DNA of 64,000 bases from Tubulanus polymorphus (Eukaryota > Animalia > Nemertea), in NCBI RefSeq assembly GCF_964204645.1, contig NC_134036.1:2480001-2544000 (forward strand). The letters are read 5' to 3'. Below, one piece after another: positions 34,935 through 48,011 of this stretch. Below the pieces are notes generated by a model, which saw only the letters and a list, made by a program, of their open reading frames with translations, had not been told where the DNA came from and made no database searches. Position numbers and translations under genes: made by a program. The stretch's first letter is position 1. Every line of letters starts with the position of its first letter.

Positions 34935-35166
34935 AGACAGCTTGAAATAAGAGAGACAGCTTATAGACATGTACAGACAACTTATAAAGAGACAGCTAAT
35001 AGACATGTACGGACAGCGTATAAAGAGACAGCTAATAGACATGTACAGACAGATAAAGAGACAGCTAATAGACATGTACGCACAGCTTATAAAGAGACAG
35101 CTTATAGACATGTCCAGACAGCTTATAAAGATACAGCTTACAGACATCTATAGACAGCTTATAAAG
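34935..35166. repeat. 36-bp minisatellite, ~6 copies
   Basis: Unit gagacagctaatagacatgtacagacagcttataaa; ORF track shows 12-aa periodicity. Confidence 0.85.
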
Positions 35167-35357
35167 TAGGGCCTAGAAACTGATTCTCTAGGCATATGTG
35201 ATATTCAATATTATAATCTAAAGAAGAAATTAAACATTCCATCTTCTCTTATGTGTATTATCTTTCAAAATAACAATAACCATTATTCAAAAATCTGTGA
35301 TACCTAAATAAATGTAGAGATAGTTTGTAAAACGGCGTGTGATCCAACTTTCTGAGC

Positions 35358-35763
35358 AGAAAGTTCTCAATAAGATAGCTTTTGTGTAAAATTACAATTT
35401 GTATTCCAATGTTTTAAGTGTTTTAATTGCATCCATTTGAAATAAAACACAAAAGACCATTTATAATATACATTAGAAAAACTATGAGGATATTTTCTGT
35501 AGGGTTAGTGTGACAAAAACTGAAAAGGGAATTTAGATAAATAATTAAAACAACATAATGTTCAAAAAGAGTAGAAAGTTCTCAATAAGATAGCTTTTGT
35601 GTAAAATTACAATTTGTATTCCAATGTTTTAAGTGTTTTAATTGCATCAATTTGAAATAAAACACAAAAGACCATTTATAATATACATTTTTAGAAAAAC
35701 TATGAGAATATTTTCTGTAGGGTTAGTGTAACAAAAACTGAATGGGAAATTTAGATAAATAAA
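35358..35763. repeat. Direct tandem duplication, period ~215 bp
   Basis: agaaagttctcaataagatagcttttgtgtaaaattac...aatttagataaataa begins at 35358 and 35573. Confidence 0.85.
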
Positions 35764-36887
35764 CTACAATGATAACAATGTGTAATTTAATTTATCCATA
35801 TTATGCTAGCGTGTACCCAAATGTTCGGAGTGAGGTTCATACTGAGTGTTGCAGCTGAAATCACCACCATCCACTTCCTCGCGACTGTTCGAATCCAAGC
35901 GCGTGCACCTGGAATTTGACACAACGCCAGCCATATTGAAAGCGATCAATAAAAGTAAACATAGACAGTGAAATGAAGTCATTACTCAATAAACGACTCG
36001 TGTGTGACGAGTGGATTGACGGATGTACACGACTGACACACCCGATCTATCAACACTGCTGCTGCTGCTGCTGCTGCTGAGTGTTCTGCTTTAAACAGGT
36101 GATAGATGAATAAATACGAGATGAAATATGATAAAATTTCGGGCCTAAATCTTTGTTCAAATTGGCCTGATTAATCTCACAAAACTTAAGTACCAAAATA
36201 CCGTCATCACTGATCCCATCTTCGCGACCGTAGTTAGGCCTCGTATGACATAGCACCAGGCCCAACAGCTATGAACATGTGGGACTTACGTGTATGCCCT
36301 TAATTTACTTTTCATTTGAGTTTTGTATATGGATTTAGAGGAGCCTACTCCTATGGGCCTAAAAGTTATGAGAGATATTGGAAAGAAAGATCGAAAGATC
36401 CCCATGTACATGTATTTTCAGAAAGTTACATTCAGAGAAGGATATAATTTTTAGAAAAATTACTGTCTATTTTTAGAGTTAGTGAATCTATTTTCAGAAA
36501 TATTTATTTAGAAAGAGACTATTTATAGAAACATGTTTGGAATACTTAATAAGATTGATCTCTGTTCTGGTATGGCCAGTTTTTGAACCAGAAATCCGGG
36601 GAGGACCTCGTTTTAAATTGTCGTTGTGCAAGGTCGTCACCGTCACGGTTTCAAATCGTAGCATCTGTTTTGATTTGAAAGTTCAATTTTTTAAAAGAAC
36701 ATGAAATAGCCTATTTCTTAATGATCATTTGGAAATTTGATTTGACGCCACTCCTAGGCGGCTGTCATGTAAGGACTGTTTTATATTGAAAATCAATTTC
36801 AACAATTCCCTGCGTTGTAGTTATCCGGTATTATTAGATCCTAGTTTAATAATTAAAACGACAGATGCTATTGTTAGGAGGCACGCG

Positions 36888-37103
<216 letters not shown>

Positions 37104-37516
37104 TTGTTCATTGTTCGCGTGGTTGCTACGAGATGAGCGTAAACTTTTATTGATGTAATTGGACGCTTTACCTTCACCCAGTCTTAGAAGTGGTCGTGTG
37201 TCCACCACACTCCGTGCTCAATCGCTCTACGAACCTAGTGTATCTGACACTATCTACCTATATCTGACACTATCTACCTCGAGCGTATCTGACACTTGTA
37301 GTTGGTGAACCGCTTACCGCTCAGAATCACGCACCACAATTGTTCATTACACATAGCCATTAGATATCACCACGATCAGGGATGGATCCATCGTTGGACC
37401 TATCAGCTGCAGGTTAGAACTTTTCCGGATTTAAGACATGTTGTAACGCGAATGAGACTTTTTCAAGGAAGCTGGCAGACGGACATCTCTGACTTTCTAC
37501 CGGGTTGGACGTGAGA

Positions 37517-38024
37517 CTAATGTCTACATGTATTTCAACTTGACTTGAGAGCATTCCAGGTGGCCTAGCTCAGTCAGTTTTGGAGGTACATAGGCTACCT
37601 GATAGAAGTCTTATTATGACGAGAAAGCACTGCCTAGTGGACCGTACACATTGATTTCCACATAATCCATTCTTTTTATTGAAGGATATCCAAAAAGTCT
37701 TCATTGAAAGGGGTTAATGAGAGAAAATAGACTCCATGATTTGTAAGTTTAACTATATGCCTATTAACTGAAATTTGGTGTGTAGGCATGGAAACATATT
37801 GTTAAGCTTTCAAATCATGGAGTCAAATTTCTTAATTTAACCCCTTTCAGTAAAGATTTATCGGATATCCTTCAATACAGTTTCAAATGGATTGAATAAT
37901 GATGTTTAAGGTCGACTGCCAATCATTTCTGGTCCTGATAAGACCTTTATCAGCTATGTACTACCAAAATTGACCGAGCTAGACCACCTGGAATGCTCTC
38001 AAGTCAGGTTGAAATAGACATTAG
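37517..38024. mobile_element. ~510-bp foldback (long inverted repeat) non-autonomous element
   Basis: Arms ctaatgtct..atttcaacttgacttgagagcattccaggtggcctagctc / gagctagaccacctggaatgctctcaagtcaggttgaaatagacattag stay complementary inward (gaaggatatcc/ggatatccttc, actccatgattt/aaatcatggagt). Confidence 0.8.
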
Positions 38025-39751
38025 GCTTGAACACTGTTGCGTCCCATCGGGATTACGTTCATTTACATTTTGTCGACAAGTTCGAAGAGGAGTGTTGTCT
38101 TGGGAACCTGCTCAGTGACTCTTGTTACCGGCAGTGACCGTATCAGTGTGAGTGACCTGTTACGAGCCCCAGGGTCAAACCTTTAATCCTAGCTCAATCG
38201 AAATATAGTCCTAAAGCAGACGGCTTTCGAAGACTCAGGTTTGCGCAGACGAAATTTTTCCGGGGTGTAACCGTTTCGTGGAGTGGGCTGCATCGCTTTC
38301 GTCGGAGGGACATCACCTGTCCTGTGCGCAATGTTAGGTATTTTCCATTCATTTCATTTCCAGGGCTGGTTTGATATCTGCATTTAGTACCTGAATCAAT
38401 ATAAATCATTTTCTTCACTTAGATTTTTTTAGATTCAGCTTTAAAGTTAACTTGATTGAGTTCAAATGAAAGTCTGACGTAGCCTACATCAGATCCTCGA
38501 AATTCGCGAAGATATGAATGCACTTTGGGATTGAAAACCGCCATGCGTCAAATTTCAAACTGATAGTTCTATTTGCCTTATGTTCAACTAAAAGCTTAGC
38601 TATATGATGATCTACAACATGTGGCGGAGATACTAAAAAGTATCGACCTTAAAAAAACTGTTTCCAACAGTTTGTTATTGAACGTTTTAATCGATAAATT
38701 TGAACATATTCGGTTGGCTACGAGGAACTATATACTATAATTCTAAGCTCATATGTCGGGTGCATGTCTACACAAAGATAGTGAAGCCGAAACTGGGTCT
38801 GGAAAACTTTTGAAAAATTTTGGTGCATTTCTAATCAAATTTTCAGGCACTTTTATGACACAAAGATAATTTCTAAATTGAGTCTTATGGGCATCGGAAC
38901 TGCTGCTCAATCATCAGATAATTGATGGAAAAATTTCCTTGAAAATGTAGCCGTCTGGGGTCCAGTTCCACGGTTCCCAGTTAAGATTTGAATCCGAGTT
39001 AACTCATTGAAAATGAACTGATTTTAACTCAAAGATAACTCTAACTCTGAACTGGGCCCAGAAGGAGAACGTTCTCGCATCTGCCCCCCTCCCCCTGATA
39101 GGCCTAGCGGAGTACCGTCGTGCGTATCATACAAATGTTAACACCCTTGAACGGTTAGTCTGTACCGGTAGTTAGGCCTATAGCATATGATGTATTAGCG
39201 TTTGTCGGTCGATACAGGCTCGAATGCTATTTAAGTTAAGATCAAATGTGGAAAGCATCTATTTTGAGTGTCATTGATCGAAGTGGTTCCGAACGCGACA
39301 CTAAGCTCGTAGTAGTAGTATCAGCTGGTGCGTACCGGTGCAATCGTCGTCTCTGTGTGTACATGCCGCATCTGCACGCACCGGTACTACAAGTCTGTCG
39401 GGCTGCGATAACTACGGGATTATTCCACCTGAACGCGTAGAATCCGCGGCCGTATTCCGACGACAGGATCTGGTCCGATATCTCAAAGGCTGCTCCTCAT
39501 CTTCAGACGAGCGAGTGGAGTTAATTGACAAGGTTTGAATTATCGTTTTAAATATTTATTGCAGTAGTTTCCAGGCTATAAAGTTTGTATGGATGACCTG
39601 AGCGTGTACTACTGCAATACATTTTCTAGAAAGCGCACTGTATCACGACCATATTCAATGTTTGGAAATTGCACCAAAAAGAAGTAGCGTTCGATATTTG
39701 GAAGGATGAGCTCGTTTAAAGTCTAAAGGAAGGTGGTTAATTTGAAAAATT

Positions 39752-40252
39752 ATATCTGGTGTTTGTAGTTCATTTTCAATTAAAAATGTCTCAGGTGAAG
39801 CACTGAACACATGTGATGTGTGGACGATCAGTTTTTGAAAGTGTGCTGATAAAATGTCTAATATCTGGTGGTTGTAGTTCATTTTCAATTAGAAATGTCT
39901 CAGATGAAGCACTGAACACATGTGAAGTGTGGACGATCAGATTATGGAAGTGTGCTGATAAAATGTCTAATATCCGGTGTTTGTAGTTCATTTTCAATTA
40001 GAAATGTCTCAGGTGAAGCACTGAACGCATGTGAAGTGTGGACCATCAGTTTTTGAAAGTGTGCTGATAAAATATCTAATGTCTGGTGTTTGTAGTTCAT
40101 TTTCAATTAGAAATGTCTCAGGTGAAGCACTGAACACGTGTGAAGTGTGGATGATCAGTTTTTGAAAGTTGCGCTGATAAAATGTCTAATGTCTGGTGTG
40201 TTTGTAGTTCAATTTCAATTAGAAATGTCTCCGATGAAGTTCTGAACACATG
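39752..40252. repeat. 109-bp tandem satellite, ~4.6 copies
   Basis: Unit atatctggtgtttgtagttcattttcaattagaaatgtctcaggtgaagcactgaacacatgtgaagtgtggacgatcag... starting at 39752, 39861, 39970, 40079, ~40189. Confidence 0.9.
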
Positions 40253-40465
40253 TTAACGCATTATACCATAGTACGGCTTTACACACGGCGCCACCAGTGG
40301 CACGTGAGGCTGGATCTGAATCGAACATATCGCAATGTTTATAATTCGTAATAAAATCAATTTTTGATTAAAGCGCAGCTGCAGAATCGATCAAAGGATT
40401 ATATGTTTAAGACCTATAACTGCTGGCCAGGTGCGCTTCAATCATCATTACCAAGCCATGACAAC

Positions 40466-40778
40466 CTAATGTCTATTTCAACTTGACTTATATTACATAT
40501 GTGTACATGCCTATGTGCCAAACTTCAGTTGGTAGGCATGGAAACATATTGTTAAACCTTCAAATCATGGAGTCAATTTTCTGTCATGAACCCCTTTCAA
40601 TTTGCAGACTTTTTGGATACCCTTCAATACAGTTTAAAATTGATTAGAAAAGGATGTTTTATGTCAACTGCCAGTCCTTCCTGGTCCTAATCATAAGACT
40701 TTTATCAGGTTATGTACCACCAAAAATGAGCGAGCTAGGCCACCTGATGTGCTCTCAAGTCAAGTTGCAATAGACAAT
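40466..40778. mobile_element. Internally deleted copy of the 37517-38024 foldback element
   Basis: Same left terminus ctaatgtctatttcaacttgactt, then jumps to the centre and keeps the full right arm. Confidence 0.7.
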
Positions 40779-41317
40779 CCAACATTAATACAATTAATCT
40801 ATGTTTATTGGCAGCAGTTCAGTCAGACTTGGATTACTCAAACTGATTGGACTCCAAGATGGCTTCATCCAAATGGCTTCATCGGGATGCGAAATCAAAA
40901 CAAATCAAACGAAATCTATACTAATCAAAACAAGAGTTAATCCTTATTTGAAGATTTAGAAAGTATTAACTTCTAGGAAGGCCCAAGAAAAAAATACTCT
41001 TTAGGGCCGAAATGTAATTTTTTGGCTACATTAGAGAATTAGGGCGAATTTCCTATCTAAATAACACGAAGGTCCTATATAGAATTGTATCGCGAAAGAA
41101 AAGCGGACACCGTTTTAAAATGTATTTTTTTTCGAGAGGTTTCTCCGCATAGATTCGCCCCTTACTCGATGGTGCTTGTAATATTTTATCGTGGATATAT
41201 TCATTCGCGTTACAAAGCATATGAAAATATAAATGTAACGCGCACCTCTCGAAACAGGCCTCATGAAGTGCTTTACTTTTTTAGTGAATTTAAATATGAA
41301 CAGGTCAGGTCATGCTA

Positions 41318-41632
41318 ACTATGATATACCTTGTTTCTCCAAACCGCTATAAAGATTCTTAACCAGTTCATTTCTATACCTGCCGGGGCCAGTTGCTCAA
41401 AAGTTGGTTAAAGATAACCGGCCGTTAAATACCATAGTAAGAATGAAATTTCAATTGTCACCATATCAACTATCCACTGGTTAACTCTAACTAACTTTTG
41501 AGCAACCGGCCCCGGGTCTGTTATTGTTAGCTTGATCATGATTTTAAACAATGTACAGGGTAGATAGGCGGCCGGGTCAACTTTTAAACTCAGCAGAAAT
41601 GAAACACAAGGTGAAAATTTTGTTTAGCCTTA
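41318..41632. mobile_element. Family B MITE interrupted by a nested family A MITE (41386-41512)
   Basis: The empty site tgccgggtctg seen in the B copies near 21217, 44015 and 54724 is split here by the 127-bp family A element. Confidence 0.8.
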
Positions 41633-43149
41633 CGTTTGAATATCACCGATCGGAAATCCAAAGCTGATCGAAAGAGTAAGGACTCAACTATAGCAGTTTG
41701 GGATATACCACAACTGGACTGACTTTGTGTTACGGCTAAAAACTATTTATACATGTTCGAAGAAGACGATTAGAAACTGCAGTAAATTGATGTATAAAAA
41801 CCAAGGTGAAGAGTTGATTAGTGACATGACAACGAGACATTGTTCGCCTCTTAATTAACACAAAACCACACCGATAAACTGTTTCCAAATACTCAAAGAG
41901 TCATTACAAAGAGACATAGAATCATTTAGGGAATCGATGAAATATGTAAAACAATTATCACAATGACCTTTAGCTTTGTTAAACTAAACGCGAATTTTTT
42001 TCAATCGCTTTTTGAAGAGCACTTTCATGAATATTTTAGAGGTTTCGTTCGCTACCCCGAAACCTCCTGTCCCTCTCGGCGCGAGCCTGAAATATAGTAA
42101 ACGGTATCGAATAGTACCGGTATAGTATAGGTTGAACGCCTCGTATGCCTTACACCGGGTTCAGGTCTTTCAATTGACAACTGTATTGCGCGCGCCGTTT
42201 TTAACGGACTCAAGCTCGTAATGGGTTCTGCCCGGGCGACAATTCTGATTGAAAACCGGTTTGTACACGGTATACGGCTTTGACACAAATCGCTACGCGC
42301 GCAATTGTTACATTTTATATGAAAGAATGTCCACTAACGTAACGTCTGTCTGTGCCAGCATATGCTCTGTTCTTATGTATATGGACTTGTTTGAGGTTTG
42401 ACCGCCGATAAATTCAGTCCAATTAATTCAATCGGCTCATGACCAAGTATACTCAAACTGCGGAGTAAAAGTTGAACAGTTTTTACTCGAGGATTTATAT
42501 CCGTGTATCAGCATAATTTGGGTATCGACGCCAAAACTATTAAACTAATTCGGAAATATCTGGAGTTGGATAGACCACCTAAAAAAAATTGGATTATCGC
42601 CACTTCCAGAGACTTGAGAGGCTTCTTCGTGTGACATATTCTTCTGGATTGTGGTTTTTTGGAAAGTTGTTGAATCACCGACGGATTTTCACATAAATTG
42701 CTGAATAGAAAATCAGTCAACTTAAACTTTTTCTCATTTTACGAGCTATGGTTAAAGCGGACAAAGGTGACTTCATCTCACTGGACTGGTCTTCGTAATG
42801 TGAGACTGCACTGGTCTAAAATATACATAAAACGCGAAATTCACAATCTTACAGTCAATGAACTAGATTTTGTGCACTCGATCTAATAAGCTAAACGTGA
42901 CCATTTTTTTAAGGTTTATAAGAAAAAATTAGGGGCATGTTGCCCAAAATTCGGTTATTCTATCGGATTGTGAATGACTTCATTTCTTCGTTAGGGTATC
43001 AACGGGTTGTTTTGAGCAAGCAACACTGACACCGCTGCTGCAAGGAAATTCTAAACAATATTCTGGTTACTAAAATCAAGACAGGATAAATATTGTCGGG
43101 TTAGAAAGGATAAAGTTTGAAGTAAAATTTCGTGCACGATAGTAACGGC

Positions 43150-43575
43150 ATTTTGCTTTAGAAATCATAGATTTGTTTACATTTTGCTTCAGAAAACATA
43201 GAATTGTTAACATTTCGCCTTAGAAAACATAGATTTGTTAATATTTTGCTCGAGAAAAAAATAAATTGGTTTTGTTAATATTTTGCTTTAGAAATCATAG
43301 TTTTGATAACATTTCGCTTTAGAATACATAGATTTGTTAATATTTTGCTTTAAAAAACGAAAAGAGATATAGTAACATTTTGACTTCTGCTTTTTGAAAT
43401 TTGGTATAGGAAATCTTATTTTGGAATTTACTAAGAAAACATATGGTAACAAGATGCTTTAGAAAATATAAGTTTGGGGATATTTCGTTTTAGAAAATAC
43501 CTCTAGAATACATTGATTTGGTAACATTTTGGCTTTTAGCAAAAATGTAGATTTAGTAACATTTTGCTTTATAAA
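43150..43575. repeat. Degenerate ~32-bp minisatellite
   Basis: Recurrent cattttgctttagaaa.catagatttgtta. Confidence 0.65.
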
Positions 43576-43669
43576 TTGTAGACGTGCCCATATATTGAGT
43601 ACTGCTGATTGGTTTTATTCAAATTTCAAAATTTCTAATTTTTCTTTCGCAGATAAATTATCGAATAAG

Positions 43670-46600
43670 ATGAGATTGACGACGTTACTATCGAGCAGCC
43701 GATTGTGGATGGTGCTGCTATCTGCCGGAATATCATTGTGTATCATCCACCTGTACACAACCCACAGATCTGTAAGTTATCACTCCTTGGGGGTATCATC
43801 AAACTAACTCTACATGATGTGGCGAACCTCGTCAAACTAAGGCTAAAAAATTGATACCTTGTTTCTCTCATTTCTGCTAATCGATTTGGAGAAACAAGGT
43901 ATCATTGTTTGTTTAGCCTAAGGCAAAGAAAAAATGATAACTTGTTTCTCCAAATCGGCTCGGTCATTTTTGTAAACTGCAATAAAATTTGTAAAACAGT
44001 TCATTTCTAATAACTGCCGGGTCTGTTATTGTTAGCTTGATCATGATTTTAAACAAAAAGTACAGTAGACGGTTGCCTATAGTGGTGCTGGTCTATTCGG
44101 TAATCTGTTCAAACTGGTTGAATTATAATAAAGTGTCCCTACTATTTGTCAACGTGAAAGAAACCGAAAACCTATACTGGTATTTGTTTGTATAACAATA
44201 ACGTTCTTTAGGTCATTGCACTATTTCTATAGGCGGAATCTACTGTAATGACGTGTCGTCCTACAGGGTTGAATAGCCTTTTATAAAATGCAATAAAATT
44301 TTTTAATCGGTTTATTTCTATCACCGAATCATGATTTCTTTTAAAATAATGTACAGGGTATATAGGCGGCTGGCTGTGTCAACTTTTATCCTCAGCAAAA
44401 TGAGGAGAAACAAGGTATCATTTGTTTAGACGACTTAGTATCGAATCCCCACCGTGCGATGTGGTCAACCTTTCAGACAAGATGACAGCCTCTATATATC
44501 CGCCTATGACGTCATCAAATTGATAAGGTGTCTAGACTCGATCTCCCTATGACGTCATCAAATTCACGCGTCGATTGCGTTTTTGTAAACCGTTTAGGTT
44601 TAAGTTGACCGCAATTAATCCCCTTATGACGTCATCAATCATACGTAGTCTATTTCTATACATTTCCTGTTTCCATAAATTTCCCTATGACGTCATCGAA
44701 ATGATGTTGTCTATTGAACCTTCCGTATAGTTCCCCATATGACGTCATCGGCTTGTTTTTTTTTTGCAGAAGCACCAAGGGCTACATTTCACGAACGAAG
44801 ATATAGAAACGATACGCACATTGGACGTGATCGAACCTGGGAAACCGGAACCGGTAAGCTAAAGTTAAAAATGAAAAAAAAACAGATTTGAAATAGTGAG
44901 ATTGATATCCAGCGTACCTGTACTTTGTGGACCGTTCCAAAGAAGCCTGCTCCATCAATCCCCCTAAGACATGACCGATATAGAGACTGGTATTAATCTT
45001 ACTATTTCAGAAACATGAAAAATAACGTCATACCAACGTTGTCATTTTTGATTCCCTGATCACGAACTTAACTTAAATCATCAACTGTGGATTTTGCTAA
45101 TTAAACTCTGATATTTTATCTCTTATATTTCGTACATTCTCAATGAATTTCAGGTTGGACAACAATTGATAGATGAAGAAAAAAGGCTTTTGGCTGAATA
45201 TTACAAGTAGGTTTAATTCCTGGATCTACAGTGGCTCAAATGTTGGTAACAGTAAACTGTTGGACAAGTATCATGGTTACAATGCAATTTCGATTTTCAC
45301 TACGTCAACTATCCTTTAGTTTACTCTAACCAACTTTACAGCAAATCTGCAGCCCCAGATTAATGCCATAGTGACAATTAAGTTTCAATTGTCACTATGT
45401 CAACTACCCACAAGTTAACTCCAACCAACTTTTGAGCGACTGCAACCCCAGATATCTACCATAGTAACGATGAAGTTTCAATTGGCAGCTATCCGCTGGT
45501 TTACTTATAACCAACTTTCGAGCAACTGCAGCACCAGATCGTAGAGTTTGAATATTGAGGATCAGTCAATTGGCCAAGGACCAACCATTGGCATTTCTTT
45601 TGGGAATTCAGAAACTTTTGGAATAAGATATTAAATCATAATTGTACGTATAATTCATTTCTAGTTTGACGCAGACGATCACGTACCAGTGCAAGAATCG
45701 AAAACGTTACGGTAACCAAAACGACGGCGGTTGGGAGATCTGTTTGGATGCGGGATTTCAAATACAAGCTCCGTGCCTTGTGTATTCCTTCGGGTAAGGA
45801 CGATAACCCGTCCCGAACTCTCTCTAAACTATGCCCTTATCTGTCATCATCAAATATACACTTCAAGAACAGATAGCTGCTTCTATAGTTCCTCCTATGA
45901 CGTCATCAAAATGATTTTGTGATTTTGAAATGCCACTTCTAAAGGATGACAATGTGTCTTTGCCATCATCGAATAAGGCACCTTCAGAAAACACGTCCGT
46001 TTCCATAAGTCCCACTATGCCATCAACGAATTAATTGACCTGGTGATATAGACGCTTCAAGAAAAGATGGCCGTCCTGATAAATCCCCTAATGACATCAT
46101 CAAATTGATGTTGTGATATAGACCCTTCTAGAAAAGATGACTGCTTCATGAATCCCACTATGAAATCATTGCAAACTTTATTTCGTTCTTTTTACAGCAT
46201 AAATAATGACTTCAGTTTTGATGACTCTATTGACAAGCAAATGGGATGTGAAATTCACGCGTATGATCCCAGGTATGATATTCTAAAACTTCATAATGTC
46301 ACTAGCCTTCTCATTTCATTGATTCTGTAGCTACTAATGAAGACTTCAGTGTCAATAACTCCAAGTTCAGTAAAATTATGATTAGTTACTAATGACGACC
46401 TTCTCATTCTCAATATCTTCAACCATTCAGTAAAATTATGATTAGTTACTAATGACGACCTTCTCATTCTCAATAACTTCAACGATTCAGTAAAATTATG
46501 ATTAGTTACTAATGACGACCTTCTCATTCTCAATATCTTCAACCATTCAGTAAAATTATGATTAGTTACTAATAACGACCTTCTCATTCTCGATAACTTC

Positions 46601-48011
46601 AACGATTCAGTAAAATTATGATTAGTTACTAATGACGACCTTCTCATTCTCAATATCTTCAACCATTCAGTAAAATTATGATTAGTTACTAATAACGACC
46701 TTCTCATTCTCGATAATTTCAACGATTCAGTAAAATGATGTTATATTTGTGTTTGGTAAGTTCCCAATGGCGACCTTTTCATTCTTTGTTTTCAGCATGG
46801 CTGTCAACGATCACAAACGTGGCAAGAACATAAACTTCCATAAAGTCGGAATTTCCAACGAAGATAGTCGACAAGTTTCGTGGATCATGCGCAAAGTTAG
46901 CTCGTTAATTCATGGACTCGGACACCAGAACGTAAGCATCAAACATTCAGAGGCATCACATGAGGTTTAAAACTGTGGATGCGGTCTTACAGTTGTCATG
47001 CTGAACCCAATTACACAGTTGTAATCCCTGGTGGTCATTGATCTGGACACCAGAAAATCAGAAATATCTAGAAAAAATCAGATTTACCAAAACCTGGAAA
47101 ACGCAGGGCCCGGTTTTATCGACCGGTATTACCTTTAATCCGGGGGCTTACTTAAATGAAAATGAATAATGTTAGCCCACGGGTTAAAGGTAACACCGCT
47201 CTATAAAACAGGGCCCTGGGAATTTGGATCATGCTATTGACCACGTGTTTCTTCATCAGTACATGATTAAATGAAATATGAATGAATTGTTAAGTACATG
47301 TACGCGTGTTAAGTACATGTACGTGATTCAATGTGAATTAATTGAAACATTTTCAACCTAGAAATTTCTCTGATTCACTCAGGGGGAATTTTATGTTATC
47401 ATCATCATCAGTTACATCAGCAAGCGCCGCTGCGCCAAGATGTCATGTACTTTATTTCTCCACTGCTCACGATCTGTAGTTATTTGTTTTAGGATTTCAA
47501 TATCTAAAGTCGGCCAAATTTTATAACATAAAATTTTACAACATGGTAAAATAAGAGAAAACTCACCGGATTTGGAATTCCCATCATCTTTGTCATTATA
47601 ATTATCATCATCATTATCAATATCAACTTGAATGTATCAATTTCTATTTTCCAGCGCATTATCGATTACATGAAAATGGACGTGGAATACTCCGAATGGA
47701 AAGCTATGGAGAAAATGTTGGAAGAAGACGTTTTCAAGAACATTCGTCAGTTCGCCGTCGAGATCCATCTGCCTAGTTTGGACATTCTCGGTTACGGGCA
47801 CGTGCGTTACGAACCTCTGAAGCGTCTGACCAGGATTCTGCGCAGTGTGAAACACGCCGGTTTCGAAGTGTACCACAATCACGCCAACCCGATGGGTTTG
47901 TCGTTTAATAAAGTGTTAGGCGTGAAGAAAACCTGTTGCGACGAGGTTTACTATATCAATAAGCGATTCTTACCGCAAGTCGCACAGACTGCAGCGAAAC
48001 CCGCGAAATAG
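43670..48011 (+). CDS. METTL24-like (Methyltransf_22/FkbM-related) methyltransferase with N-terminal signal anchor; 7 coding exons, 311 aa
   Basis: Exons 43670-43771, 44770-44853, 45154-45206, 45665-45793, 46198-46272, 46796-46931, 47655-48011 join in frame. Motifs YQCKNRKRYG..DGGWEICLD, CLVYSFGINNDFSFD, GCEIHAYDP, IDYMKMDVEYSEW, QFAVEIH. Confidence 0.88.
43838..44430. mobile_element. Cluster of family B MITE fragments in METTL24-like intron 1
   Basis: TIR taaggctaaaaaattgataccttgtttctc / gagaaacaaggtatcattgtttgtttagccta plus family B body segments. Confidence 0.65.
44500..44750. promoter_or_regulatory. Five ATGACGTCAT (CRE-like) palindromes within a degenerate tandem repeat
   Basis: TGACGTCA at 44507, 44550, 44627, 44688 and 44740, each in the context tatgacgtcatc. 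Confidence 0.45.
46366..46738. repeat. 60-bp minisatellite (~6 copies, 120-bp higher-order dimer), METTL24-like intron 5
   Basis: Unit ttcagtaaaattatgattagttactaatgacgaccttctcattctcaatatcttcaacca, with alternating variants. Confidence 0.92.

Noticed and set aside
39290-39532. CpG-rich segment ending in AAG/GTTTGA, a possible 5' exon of the METTL24-like gene
   Set aside because: Weak donor and no way to link it to the acceptor at 43652 from sequence alone.
39752-40252. Regular repeat arrays considered as a CRISPR-like array
   Set aside because: Head-to-tail tandem units with no unique spacers, no cas genes, and a eukaryotic context.
46291-46722. 20-aa repeat ORF TNHNFTESLKLSRMRRSSLV (also 51006-51236, 57432-57692)
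   Set aside because: A 60-bp minisatellite without stops in one frame; it lies antisense in an intron and has no splice context.
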